Below, piece by piece: positions 9,482 to 19,906 of a stretch of 64,000 bases of DNA. Each line of letters starts with the position of its first letter. Position 1 is the stretch's first letter. Made by a program: the position numbers and the translations under genes. The notes under the pieces are model-generated. The model was not told the DNA's origin, did no database searches, and worked only from the letters and a program-made list of their open reading frames with translations. This stretch comes from Candidatus Eiseniibacteriota bacterium (GTDB taxonomy: Bacteria; Eisenbacteria; RBG-16-71-46; CAVPCR01): positions 2,112,001-2,176,000 of the forward strand of contig CAWGMA010000001.1 of the NCBI GenBank assembly GCA_963823555.1, written 5' to 3'.

Positions 9482-10786
9482 CTAGCTGGCGGCGCGCCGG
9501 TGGCCACGACCGGCGGCGGGGGGAACGGTGCGGATCTCGAACGTGGCCGGTGGGACGGTACGCCTGGCTTCGGGGCGGGGCTCGGCGAGCGCTACCCGCC
9601 TGTCCTCTACGTACTGCGGCTTGCCGGACACCGTCCGCGGGACCTCGACCTCGGGCTGGACCTCGACCTGATCCGGGCTCAGACGGAGGCTTCTTTTCAG
9701 TGCTTCACGCACCGCCGCCGAGATCACGCTCGCCTCGACCGGCGCTCCGGCGACGGTGACTCGCAGACGGTCCACCTCGTTGTCGTCCCGGTGGATCTCG
9801 ATCTTGAACGGGGCACTGCCGGCGATCGAGCGAACGGCATCGATCAGATCGTTCTTCGCACAGAGGACTCCACGGATCTTGGTCAGATCATCGGCGCGCC
9901 GGAGAACGCGAATCCGCCGCCCCCTGCGCCCGCATGGGCAGACACCGTCCTGAACCGTGACGTGGTCCCCGGTGCGGTAGCGAAGGAGAACCATGGCTCG
10001 ATTCTTGAGCCCGGTCACGACGAGCTCGCCTTCGCCCTCGGTAACCGGATGACCTCCATCATCGACGATCTCGTGATGCAGTCCATCCTCGAGCAGATGC
10101 ATGCCATCGTGCGCCGCGCATTCGGCGGCCAGCGGACCGAACTCGGTCATCCCGTACTGGTCGAAGATGCCGGCGCCGGGCACGACCTTCTGGAGCCGGG
10201 CACGCAGCCCGGCCGTCAACACTTCTCCCGCGCACTGGAGGATGCGCACGCGGCCGATCTCCTTCCCGTCCTCGCGGCGGAGGTCGCCGAGAAAGCGCAG
10301 GAGGTAGGAAGGGACGCCGTTCACCACGTCGGGGGCCAGCGCCCGCGCCGCGACGGCGGCGAACGTGGGCGGGGTCATGGCGGCCGAGCCGAAAGGGATG
10401 ACGAGCGTGCCGAGCGACGTAGCTCCCCAGTCGTAGAGATTGCCGGCGATGAACGTGCCGTAGCCGAAGAGATTGAGGACCCGATCGCCCGGCTCGACAC
10501 CGGCGAGTCGCATGGTCTCGACCGCGCGCTCGGTGATCGAGACGATCTCGTGGACCGAGTAGGCGACGATCGCCGGAGTGCCGGTGGATCCCGATGTCGT
10601 ATGGACGCGGATCGCCGGCTCCCCGGTGAGGAAACGCTGGAAGTCAGCCCGGAAGTCGTCCTTGGTAGCGAAGGGCAGGGGCGAGAGATCAGCCGACTCG
10701 GCCACCCGGTCGAGCGTGGCGCCATGGCGCGCGTAGAAGGGCGCGCGCCTGGCGGCGGCCAGGATCGGGGCCAGGGCGGCGGGCAT
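9482..10786 (-). CDS. Phenylacetate--CoA ligase (PaaK)-family aryl-CoA ligase
   Basis: LPFATKDDFR, TTSGSTGTP P-loop, YGMTEFG, RYRTGD, RADDLTKIRG and SGK motifs. Confidence 0.85.
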   Translation of the reverse strand: MPAALAPILAAARRAPFYARHGATLDRVAESADLSPLPFATKDDFRADFQRFLTGEPAIRVHTTSGSTGTPAIVAYSVHEIVSITERAVETMRLAGVEPGDRVLNLFGYGTFIAGNLYDWGATSLGTLVIPFGSAAMTPPTFAAVAARALAPDVVNGVPSYLLRFLGDLRREDGKEIGRVRILQCAGEVLTAGLRARLQKVVPGAGIFDQYGMTEFGPLAAECAAHDGMHLLEDGLHHEIVDDGGHPVTEGEGELVVTGLKNRAMVLLRYRTGDHVTVQDGVCPCGRRGRRIRVLRRADDLTKIRGVLCAKNDLIDAVRSIAGSAPFKIEIHRDDNEVDRLRVTVAGAPVEASVISAAVREALKRSLRLSPDQVEVQPEVEVPRTVSGKPQYVEDRRVALAEPRPEARRTVPPATFEIRTVPPAAGRGHRRAAS

Positions 10787-10829
10787 GAGCGGCACGTCCT
10801 CTCTCCTCCTCAACTCGATCCTCGACGTC

Positions 10830-11408
10830 TCAGATCTCACCCGCGTCGCACGCGAGAAAACGCTCCGTGATCTGGATGGCCGGCTGCCCGCCACAGTGAA
10901 TGCGATAGGTGCGGGCGACCAGCCTTTCCTCAGAGTCGATGCCGAGAGCCGCCGCGCGGGACCCCGCCGCTTCGTCCACGGCACCCAGTAGCTCTCGGTA
11001 CGACTCGATCTTGTGCTCCCGGATCAGCTTCCCTATCGGCTTGGCCGTGGCCAGGAGCTCGTGCCGGATATCCGGCGCGAGGCGCTCGAGCACCAGCAGG
11101 GATTCGGCATGGAGGAAGATCCGCCCCGATCCGGCGCCGCGGATGACCACGGTGCGGCGGATGACGGGCGTTCCCGGTGGCAGCTCCGGCCACTCGGGCA
11201 GGGGCGCGATCGCATGCTCCTCGCTCAGCTTCTCCACGGCCACGGGCTCGAGAAAGGACTCGATGAGATTGGTCACCGTGCCATCCGTCGCGAGAACGGC
11301 GCGCCTGAGCGACGGTTCGAGCGGAACCGCTCGTCCGTTGCGTGGCAGCGCGTGCGGGGGGCGTGCATTGTGCACGTCGAAGGAATGCGTTCTGGGATCG
11401 CGTCGCAT
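10830..11408 (-). CDS. Chorismate pyruvate-lyase (UbiC/DUF98-like 4-hydroxybenzoate synthase)
   Basis: LATDGTVT.LIE, RRTVVI, HAESL, PIGKLI, ARTYRI...P.I.ITERF motifs. Start uncertain. Confidence 0.85.
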   Translation of the reverse strand: MRRDPRTHSFDVHNARPPHALPRNGRAVPLEPSLRRAVLATDGTVTNLIESFLEPVAVEKLSEEHAIAPLPEWPELPPGTPVIRRTVVIRGAGSGRIFLHAESLLVLERLAPDIRHELLATAKPIGKLIREHKIESYRELLGAVDEAAGSRAAALGIDSEERLVARTYRIHCGGQPAIQITERFLACDAGEI

Positions 11409-11508
11409 GTTGCACCCGGGGAAACGGGCAGGCGCGGGCAGCACCGGCCCTCTGCCGACGCGAAAAGCAGGAAGCGTGCCCCGGGAGCGGTGCGGAAGAG
11501 GTCAGGAG

Positions 11509-13977
11509 CTAGTCGCGCTCACCGTGCCCGTCTCCGCCGTCATCGGGCACTTCCTCCCCATACTCGCGCAGCCCCTCGGCCAGTTCGGCCATCCGCTCGT
11601 CGACGAGGAAATGGACCGACCCCGGAGGATAGCGCCCGTCCTCCGGATTGCGTTCCCCGGCGGCGTATCCGGTCAGGATCTCGATTCCCTCGTCGATGGT
11701 CCGCACCGTGTAGATGTGAAATCGACCGGCGGCGACCGCCTCGACGACCTCCTTCGCCAGCATGAGATCGGACTCGTTGAGGGCCGGGATCAACACCCCT
11801 TCATTGCCCTTGAGGCCGCGCGCCTTGCAGGTATGGAAGAACCCCTCGATCTTCTCGTTCACGCCTCCGATCGGCTGGATCTCGCCGAGCTGGTTCACCG
11901 ACCCGGTGACGGCCAGATGCTGGCGAATCGGAATGCCGGACAGGCTGGACAGGAGGGCGTAGATCTCGGTCGAGGAGGCCGAATCGCCGTCCACCTGGCT
12001 GTAGGACTGCTCGAACCCGATCGACGCGCTCATCGACAGCGGCTTGTCCTGAGCGAACCGGCTGCGCAGGTAGCCCTCGATGATGAGCACACCCTTGTTG
12101 TGGGTCTTCCCCGAGAGCTCGGCCTCACGCTCGATGTTGATGATGCCGGCACGCCCCATCCCGGTCTGCGCCGTGATGCGCGAGGCCTGGCCGAATGCGT
12201 GGTCGCCCGCATCGAAGACCGACAGGCCGTTCACCGTGCCCACGCGTTCCCCCTCGGTCTGGAGGAGCACCGTCCCGTCGACGTACATCTCGCGCACCTT
12301 GTCCTCGATCAGATCGACGCGGTGCCGGCGCGCAGCGATGGCGCGATCCACGTGCTCGCCCAGAACCAGAGGCGCCTCCGCGGAGTGCGCCCAGTACGAT
12401 GACTCACGAATCAGATCGGCGACATCGCTGAAGCGGGTCGAGATCTTGTCGCTGCGGCCGGTCATCCGCACCGCTTCCTCGATCACGGTCGCCACGCCGC
12501 TCGCCGCGAACGCCTTGAGCTTTTCCTCGTTGACGATCTTGCAGACAAAACGGGAGTAGATATCGAGGACCTGGTCATCTCGCGGCATCACGGAATCGAA
12601 CTCGGCCTTGACCTTGAAGATCTTCGGGAACTCCTCCTCGTAGGAATAGAGCAGGTGATAGAGCATGTGATCACCGATCACCACCACCTTGAGATCGAGA
12701 TCGATCGGCTCGGGCTTGAGCGAGCTGCCGGAGAAGAGTTGCCAGACATCATAGGACTGGATGACCAGGCTCGAGTTCTTGAGCGTGCGCTTGAGCGTCG
12801 GCCACACCGCCTGATCTTGCAGGGCATCGATCAAGTTGAACACGAGGTACCCGCCGTCGGCAGCGAGGACGGCCCCGCTCTTGATCATGAGGAAGTCCGC
12901 CGGGGTGCCGGAAGTAGGGCCGTCCCCACCCACGCGCTCGATCGAACCGAACAGGTTCTTGAAGGTCGGTGTCGTCTCGATGACGATGGGCGCGCCTCGA
13001 ATCTCCGAGTTGTCGACCAGCACGTTGACCTGATAGACGCGAAACGGATCGGACTCCGGCTCACCCTCCTCGTCCGACTCCTCGAACAGCGAGAGATGAT
13101 CGAGGATGTGCGCTTCCACATCCTCGAGGTAGGAGCCGAGCTTGGGATGGTTCTGGTGGCTCTCGCGGATGTCGTGGATGAGACCGTCGATCACCTGGTG
13201 TGCGAACTCGTGCTGTAGCTTCTCGACCTCCCGCTTGGCCTCGCGGGCGAGATCGCGACTCTTCTTGAGCGCCTCGGCCAGCTTGAGGACGAGACCGTGG
13301 TGTTTCTCCCGGATCCGGGCGAAGTCTTCCTCCTTCAAGTCCGGCACCTTCTCGTCGAGATCCTCGAGGCGCACGGCTTCGCCCTGGTGCAGGTAGGCAA
13401 CCTCCGGCTTGGAGATCGGACCCATCTCGACTCGGACCAGGGTGAAGCTCTCGGCGGCGAGCTCCTTCTCGAGCGCCTTGACCATGGTCTGCTCGCGCTC
13501 GGCGAAACCCTGGAGGATCCGCTGGCGGCGGACCTTGAAGGCCTCGGAATCGAAGAGCTGCGGCAGATCTCGCTTGAGCGACGCGATGAGCTCTTCCATC
13601 TCCCGCCGGAGCACCCGGCCCTGACCGGCGGGCAACGCCAGGTAGAGCGGCCGGTCCGCATCGCGGAAGTTGTTGACATAACACTTGTCGCCGGGAGTCA
13701 CCGTCGACCGATCGATCTCTTCGAGAATCTGCTTGATGGTCGTGGTCTTGCCGGTTCCCGTGAGGCCGGCCACAAAGATGTTGTAGCCTGGGCTCTTGAT
13801 CTCGAGCCCCTGCCGGATGGCGTCGACCGCTCGCGCCTGGCCGATGATCTCCTCGCAGGCGATCAGATCATCGGTGGAGCGGAAGGGCAAGCGGGCGGGC
13901 GGGCAGCGCCAGCGCAGGCGATCCGCTTCGAGCTCGCGATGCTCCGGAGCTGGAATCAGCTGGAAAGTCTCTTCCAT
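11509..13977 (-). CDS. Lon-like protease (AAA_32 + Lon_C, LonC/YcbZ type)
   Basis: IGQARA, GLTGTGKTT, ADGGYL, catalytic DGDSAS and IGGVNEKIEGFF. Confidence 0.92.
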   Translation of the reverse strand: MEETFQLIPAPEHRELEADRLRWRCPPARLPFRSTDDLIACEEIIGQARAVDAIRQGLEIKSPGYNIFVAGLTGTGKTTTIKQILEEIDRSTVTPGDKCYVNNFRDADRPLYLALPAGQGRVLRREMEELIASLKRDLPQLFDSEAFKVRRQRILQGFAEREQTMVKALEKELAAESFTLVRVEMGPISKPEVAYLHQGEAVRLEDLDEKVPDLKEEDFARIREKHHGLVLKLAEALKKSRDLAREAKREVEKLQHEFAHQVIDGLIHDIRESHQNHPKLGSYLEDVEAHILDHLSLFEESDEEGEPESDPFRVYQVNVLVDNSEIRGAPIVIETTPTFKNLFGSIERVGGDGPTSGTPADFLMIKSGAVLAADGGYLVFNLIDALQDQAVWPTLKRTLKNSSLVIQSYDVWQLFSGSSLKPEPIDLDLKVVVIGDHMLYHLLYSYEEEFPKIFKVKAEFDSVMPRDDQVLDIYSRFVCKIVNEEKLKAFAASGVATVIEEAVRMTGRSDKISTRFSDVADLIRESSYWAHSAEAPLVLGEHVDRAIAARRHRVDLIEDKVREMYVDGTVLLQTEGERVGTVNGLSVFDAGDHAFGQASRITAQTGMGRAGIINIEREAELSGKTHNKGVLIIEGYLRSRFAQDKPLSMSASIGFEQSYSQVDGDSASSTEIYALLSSLSGIPIRQHLAVTGSVNQLGEIQPIGGVNEKIEGFFHTCKARGLKGNEGVLIPALNESDLMLAKEVVEAVAAGRFHIYTVRTIDEGIEILTGYAAGERNPEDGRYPPGSVHFLVDERMAELAEGLREYGEEVPDDGGDGHGERD

Positions 13978-14029
13978 GGATTATTTCTTCAGGGTTGGAG
14001 GATGGGGTGGCAAGCCGGCGAAGGGTAAC

Positions 14030-14641
14030 ATGGCGTCACCAGGCTGTCACCGGCGCCCGATCGCCTTCGATCCGGTCTGCAGCGTGTGCCCGGCGCTGGC
14101 CGCCAATCGACAGCGTGTCGTTCCCGGCTACGGGCCGCGGCCATCCGCGATCGCCTGGCTGGGTGAAGCGCCCGGCCGTCTCGGCGCTGACGTGACCGGC
14201 GTCCCCTTCACCCGCGACCGGAGCGGACGACGGCTGCAGGCGCTCCTCATCCGCCTGGGTCTCTCGACCGAGATCGATCCGGCCGTCGAGAGACCCCGAC
14301 TCGGAACCTTCGTCACCAATCTCGTCCGTTGCAACCCACCTGCCAACCGCGCTCCCACGGCCGAGGAGATGGCGAACTGCGCCTCCAGCCTCCAGAGGGA
14401 GCTCGCCCGCGTGCGGCCGGTCGTGCTCGTCACGCTCGGTCTCCTGGCGACGCGCTTTGCCTTCGCCGCCTTCCTCGACAGAGCGGCGCGGCGCATGACT
14501 CCTCTCCACGCCTGGCCGGTCGTGGTCGAGGACCGGCCCTGGCCGCGATTCATCGTGCCCGCGCGCCACCCGGCGCGCGTCTCCAACGCTGACTGGGCGC
14601 GCCTCGAGCGAACCCTCGCCCGCATCGTCAAACCGGAATGA
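14030..14641 (+). CDS. Uracil-DNA glycosylase family protein (family 4/5-like)
   Basis: CSVCPAL, GEAPG..GA..TG.PF, TNLVRCNPP.NR.PT and HPA motifs. Confidence 0.85.
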   Translation: MASPGCHRRPIAFDPVCSVCPALAANRQRVVPGYGPRPSAIAWLGEAPGRLGADVTGVPFTRDRSGRRLQALLIRLGLSTEIDPAVERPRLGTFVTNLVRCNPPANRAPTAEEMANCASSLQRELARVRPVVLVTLGLLATRFAFAAFLDRAARRMTPLHAWPVVVEDRPWPRFIVPARHPARVSNADWARLERTLARIVKPE

Positions 14642-14642
14642 G

Positions 14643-14678
14643 CGAAGCCCCCGAGCGACTCGGCGCTCGGGGGCTTCG
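14643..14678. terminator. Perfect 15-bp stem hairpin between convergent genes (likely bidirectional terminator)
   Basis: CGAAGCCCCCGAGCG-actcgg-CGCTCGGGGGCTTCG immediately after the UDG stop. No clear U-tract. Confidence 0.65.
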
Positions 14679-14723
14679 GCTCGGCCAACATGGAGCGCGC
14701 CTGCGGCGCGCCCCCGGGGAATA

Positions 14724-15641
14724 CTAGCGGTAGCTCGCCTTGAGCGAACCCCAGGTCGTGGGCTCGACCGCGGTCGTCTGGCAGGCGATGCCCTCGTGCT
14801 GGGTGATGATGTTGGTCCCGAACCCAGACGTGTAGACCACGCCGTTGTTGTTCGAGGTGATGGCCGTCTGGCTTGCTCCCACGCCCGGGAACGTCGCGAG
14901 CGGCGGGGTGGTCAGGGTCTGGTGGAACTGATGCCGGTTGAGCTGGAAGTTGGTGGCGAAGAACATGTCGAGGCAGCGATCGTAGTCGATCTCGCCCCAC
15001 GAGCCGCCGCCCGGAACCGCCTGCGACGAGATCTGGGTCCACTGGCCGGCCGCACCGAGGGTGATCTTCTTGATGAGACCCTCGTTGTTCGAGACCCAGA
15101 TGCCGCCCGAGCCGTCGACGCAGATGCCGAGGATGGTGTTGATGTTGGCGTTCGGGTTCGGGTTCATCGCGCCGTCGACATTCCAGAACTCGTTCAGAGC
15201 ACCCGAGGCCCGGTTGATCGACATGATGATGTCGTCGTGCAGGTTCAGGTCGCCCTGGAAGTCGGTGACGAGGAGACGGGCGCCATCAACGGAGGCACCG
15301 TCCTGGTTGCCATCGATGGTGAGCCCGTAGCCGAGGATGTTGAATGACCGGATCACCGGGTAAGGATTCACGGTGCTCTGCTCGATGAGACGCCCGCCCG
15401 ACTCGTTGGCGACCCACACGCTGTTGGCGTCGTAGGCGAGCCCGACAACGGACTGAGCGGCAGCAGGCCAGCTCGCCTGCACGGTGCCGAAGGCGACGTC
15501 GGGAGCGCTGCCACCCGGCACCGAGCCGAGCTCGTTTGCTGCCCAGACGGTGAACGATGAGTACTCGGTGGCCGATGCGACACTGGCGGCGAGTGCGAGC
15601 GCCGCAATCGTCACCGCGAACATCCTGACGCAGTTCCGCAT
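14724..15641 (-). CDS. Secreted beta-propeller-like hypothetical protein with C-terminal TAVEPTTWGSLKASYR tail
   Basis: Signal peptide (ASA), blade-like repeats GLAYD..SVWV and GICVDG.GGIWV, and an AAAGGGAAGG RBS. Confidence 0.8.
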   Translation of the reverse strand: MRNCVRMFAVTIAALALAASVASATEYSSFTVWAANELGSVPGGSAPDVAFGTVQASWPAAAQSVVGLAYDANSVWVANESGGRLIEQSTVNPYPVIRSFNILGYGLTIDGNQDGASVDGARLLVTDFQGDLNLHDDIIMSINRASGALNEFWNVDGAMNPNPNANINTILGICVDGSGGIWVSNNEGLIKKITLGAAGQWTQISSQAVPGGGSWGEIDYDRCLDMFFATNFQLNRHQFHQTLTTPPLATFPGVGASQTAITSNNNGVVYTSGFGTNIITQHEGIACQTTAVEPTTWGSLKASYR

Positions 15642-16637
15642 GATGCCTTCCCTTTCTGTATTGACGGGGCTGGAGTGGGTGATTAGGCGCGGGGAACCGG
15701 GACGGCCCTTGCGCCACCGGCGGTGCCCTCCACCGGTTGTTGTATCCTATCATTTATCAACCGGTTACGCAACAACAAATGACTCGTCCGGAGGAGCCGG
15801 AGGCGAGCCGAGGGCGATCTCGCTCTCCTGTCGGGTCGCATGCCCCCCTGAGACCGGGTGTGGGGACATGGCCCCGGCCCTCGAGCCGCCGGAGAACGTC
15901 TCGGGATCATCCGGAACCCTCTGCCCCTCAATCAGTTGAAGACGCGATCCAGCCGACCGTATTGAGCTCGGGCGCAGAGGCATGTGCCTTGCTGTACCAG
16001 GCTGGCGACGGGAGCCGGGCTACCGCCGGACCCCAACCCGGTGGCAGCCGTTGCGAGAGCGGTCCTCCTCTCTCCTCGGCCGCGCCGCCCTCCAGGCGGC
16101 GCGGTGTACGAACCGCGATCGCAGCGGCAAACCAGGGTCCAAATCTCCAGGACCCGCCTGGCACCCAAAGCCCTCTGGGGTGCCACCCAACCGGCGCCGC
16201 CTGGGCCTCGAGGCGTCGGACGTGCGATGGGGTGGACGGCCCCCATCGCACGAAGAGGTGACCTGTCACCCTGGCAGTCGTGGGCGGCATTCCCCGCCGC
16301 ACGCCGACTGCCACCGGCTCCCGTCTCCCGCCTTCTTCTGGCGCGCCCCCGAACCACGTCACCGCCGGTCCAAGCGGCTACGGAATTTGCTGTTGCCGTC
16401 GCAATGGCCGGTGCTAGGATGGCGCGCGGCAGCGCCGGGGCACGTTCGCACACCGCTTCGCAGCACAGGGCAAGCAGCTCACCAGAACAACACGAACGGC
16501 TTTCTGACCGCGAACGGCTTCTCGAACCACCTCGGAGCCGCAGTGGGCGCGCGGCCGGCGGATTCTCACCCGTCCATTCCTTCGTAGCGTGACGATCCCC
16601 GTCGGGGCCCAGGACGGACCTCGAGAGGAGAGCCAAG

Positions 16638-18173
16638 GTGCCCAAAGGCTCAGATCCCCACGTGCCGCAGGGAAAGCGGCCTCCGGTTTCCACGTCCCGG
16701 AGATCCTCTTCATCGCATGACGATGAGGCCGATGCGGCAGCGGGGACGCGGCATGAATCCAGCCCCACGCTGACCTGGGCCAAATGGATCGAGTCGCTCG
16801 GCACGCCGTCGGTGTCGGAGGATGCACCCGAGCCTCGCGCCGATCTCGCCGGGCTCGCGGAGCGCCTGCGCGAAGCCACGGAGAGAGCTCGCCAGGTCCG
16901 GAGCGCTCGTGAAGCCTCCATCAGCGGCGCGGTGAGAGAGGTCCCGGCAACGGCCGCCGCTCCCGCGGCTCGCGAGGCAGCCACTAAGCCGAAGCCGCGT
17001 CCACGCACATCCGGCAAGCCTGCGAAGGCAGCTCCCAGGGCGCGGAAGCAAGTGCCCGCGCCGCCGAGGGAGATCGAGCCGAAACCCGCGCCGAGCCCAT
17101 CCCCGGTCCGGTCGCGCCGGAGCGAACGCGCATCCGGATCGGTGCCGCCAGCGGCACCTGCGAAGGAGCTGGTGGCGGCACCCGCTCCCATCGCGCGGGC
17201 ACAGGCGCCGGCTCTGGCTCGCCGCGACCTCGAGACGCAAGCACCCACCGCGCCGCCGGCGCCAGCGAGTCGATCCCATCCGCCGGCGGAGCGCTTGGCG
17301 GTCCATGACGACCCGTTACCCCATGGCTATGGCGACGACCGCATCGTGCTCATGAGCAAGGATCCCTACTGGCTTCACGCCTACTGGGAGCTGACCGGAG
17401 CCAGCCTCAAGCGAGCGTGGGAATTGCTCGGGCACACGACCGCAGCGCTGGCGCTTCGCGTGCACCATTTCGCCGCGGCCCATACCGGCGATGAATCCGG
17501 CTCGTTCGATGTCGAGGTCAGCGAGCAAGCTCGCAACTGGTACATCCACGGTGGCCATCCCGGAGGAGCTTTCGAGGTCGAGGTCGGACTCAAGTCCGCC
17601 GACGGTCGTTTCGTGGGCCTCGCTCGTTCGGCGAGGATCGTGTGTCCCACGGACCGACCTTCCGATCTCCTCGACGAGGAATGGCTATCCCTGGCTGGCG
17701 AATTCGAGGAGATCTACGCGCTCTCCGGCGGTTACCGCACGCTCACGAGCGGCGGATCGCTCGAGCTGCGCGAGCTTCTCGCCCGCCGGATGGAGGAAAT
17801 GATGGGGTCCGGGGCGGTGTCGAGCTTCGGCATCTCGAGCCTCGGCGTGTCGAGCTTTGGCGCACCCGCGATCGGCGCATCCGGTGCCTATCCGGCGGCA
17901 CCCCGCCACCGCAAGTTCTGGTTCGTCCTCGGCACCGAGCTCATCGTCTACGGGGCGACCGAACCCGATGCCAAGGTCACGTGTCAGGGCCGTCCGGTCA
18001 CCCTGCGACCGGACGGGACCTTCACCCTGCGTTTCGCTCTTCCGGATGGAACGCAGACCATCCCGTGCACAGCCACTTCCGCGGATCGAGTCGACACGAT
18101 CACGATCACCCCGCGGGTCGAGAAGAACACCAGCCAGGAAGAACGGCGCCACGATGGTGACAGGCATCCCTAG
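16638..18173 (+). CDS. DUF4912 domain protein with a long Pro/Ala-rich N-terminus
   Basis: LP.GYGDDRIVLM.KDP.WLHAYWE, NWYI and FW....ELIVYGATEPDA.VT motifs. GAGGAG RBS before GTG. Confidence 0.85.
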   Translation: MPKGSDPHVPQGKRPPVSTSRRSSSSHDDEADAAAGTRHESSPTLTWAKWIESLGTPSVSEDAPEPRADLAGLAERLREATERARQVRSAREASISGAVREVPATAAAPAAREAATKPKPRPRTSGKPAKAAPRARKQVPAPPREIEPKPAPSPSPVRSRRSERASGSVPPAAPAKELVAAPAPIARAQAPALARRDLETQAPTAPPAPASRSHPPAERLAVHDDPLPHGYGDDRIVLMSKDPYWLHAYWELTGASLKRAWELLGHTTAALALRVHHFAAAHTGDESGSFDVEVSEQARNWYIHGGHPGGAFEVEVGLKSADGRFVGLARSARIVCPTDRPSDLLDEEWLSLAGEFEEIYALSGGYRTLTSGGSLELRELLARRMEEMMGSGAVSSFGISSLGVSSFGAPAIGASGAYPAAPRHRKFWFVLGTELIVYGATEPDAKVTCQGRPVTLRPDGTFTLRFALPDGTQTIPCTATSADRVDTITITPRVEKNTSQEERRHDGDRHP

Positions 18174-18241
18174 CATCGCCTCGGTCGCCGAATTCCCGGC
18201 CCTACCCCTCTATGGCGGCTCGCGCCGCCCCTGGTGACAGC

Positions 18242-19846
18242 ATGGCCCGAGGATACCTCTCGCTCATCCTGCATGCCCACCTGCCGTACGTGCGGCATCC
18301 GGAACACGAGGACTTTCTGGAGGAGCACTGGCTCTTCGAGGCGATCACCGAGACCTACATCCCGCTCATCCAGGTCTTCGAGAAGCTCAACGAGGATGAG
18401 GTGCCGTACCGTGTCGCCATGTCGGTCAGCCCCTCCCTCGTCAACATGCTCGCCGACCCGATGCTCATGCAGCGCTACGAGCGCCGGCTGGAGCAGCTCT
18501 GCGAGCTCGCGGCGCGGGAAGTGGAGCGCACGCGATGGATGCCCGAGTTCCACCGTCTGGCGCTCCATTACCACTGGCTGTTCCACGGGCGCGGCAGACA
18601 TTCGTGGATCGCCATCGCAAGAACCTGCTCGGCGCGCTCAAGGAGCTCGCCGACTCGGGATCGCTCGAGATCATCACCTGCGGCGCCACCCACGGCTATC
18701 TGCCGCTGATGAATCAGAACCGCCAGGCCATGCGCGCGCAGGTCCAGGTCGCGGTCGCCGAGCACGACGGCACTTCGGGCGGCGTCCGCGCGGCATCTGG
18801 CTCCCCGAGTGCGGCTACGAACCCGGGATCGACGAGCTGCTCGCCGAAGCGGGCATCCGCTACTTCATCGTCGACACCCACGGCGTCCTGCACGCGACAC
18901 CGCGACCGAAGTACGGCGTCTTCGCTCCGATCGTCTGCCCGTCGGGAGTGGCGGCCTTCGGCCGCGACATCGAGTCATCGAAACAGGTGTGGAGCGCGCA
19001 GGAGGGGTACCCGGGCGACTACGTCTACCGCGACTTCTACCGCGACGTCGGCTGCGATCTCGACTACGACTACGTCCGGCCCTATCTACCCGGAGACGGC
19101 AACCGCAACATCACCGGGATCAAGTACTACCGGATCACCGGGCAACACGGACACAAGCAGCTCTACGATCCGGACGTCGCCCTGACCGTGCCGCGGAGCA
19201 TGCCGGCAACTTCATGTTCAATCGCGAGAAGCAGGTCGAGCATCTGCATGGGCTGATGGGGCGAGAGCCGATCATCGTCGCGCCTTACGACGCCGAGCTC
19301 TTCGGCCACTGGTGGTACGAGGGGCCTAGCTTCCTCGACTTCCTGCTGCGCAAGATCGCCTTCGACCAGGACACACTGAAGACGACCACTCCGCGCGAGT
19401 ACCTGGACCGGCTGCCGCGCAACCAGCGGGCCACCCCGTCCGCATCGAGCTGGGGCTACAAGGGCTTTCACGAAGTATGGCTCAACGGCACCAACGACTG
19501 GGTCTATCCTCACCTGCACAAGGCGGCGGAGCGGATGATCCAGCTCGCCGAGCGCTTTCATTATCTCGGCGGCCAGCACGGTGTCGGCGTGCCTCCCCTG
19601 CGCGTTCGCGCCCTCAACCAGGCGGCGCGGGAGCTCTTGCTCGCGCAGCACTCCGACTGGGCCTTCATCATGAAGACGGGGACGATGGTGGACTACGCCC
19701 ACCGCCGCACCTGGACCCATCTGAGCCGCTTCAACCGGTTGTTCGACGACCTGGAGAATGATCGCCTCGATCCCTCGTGGCTCGAGGCCGTGGAATGGCG
19801 GGACAACATCTTCCCGCATCTCGATTATCGCGTCTTCTGCCACTAG
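18242..19846 (+). CDS. GH57 1,4-alpha-glucan branching enzyme (DUF1957), with apparent sequencing frameshifts
   Basis: Three frames join up: LHAHLPYV/EAITETYIPL, CGATHGYLP, GIWLPECGY, FGRD, DAELFGHWWYEG and LLLAQHSDWAF...DNIFP. Confidence 0.9.
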
Positions 19847-19906
19847 GCCGGTGACCGGACCGGGGGCCTGGGCCCAGCCAGGGATCGCGCCCTCCCCAGC
19901 GGAGCA

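Noticed and set aside
18590..19200. Split GH57 branching enzyme as separate genes
   Set aside because: The three frames concatenate into one canonical protein, so these are probable sequencing indels.
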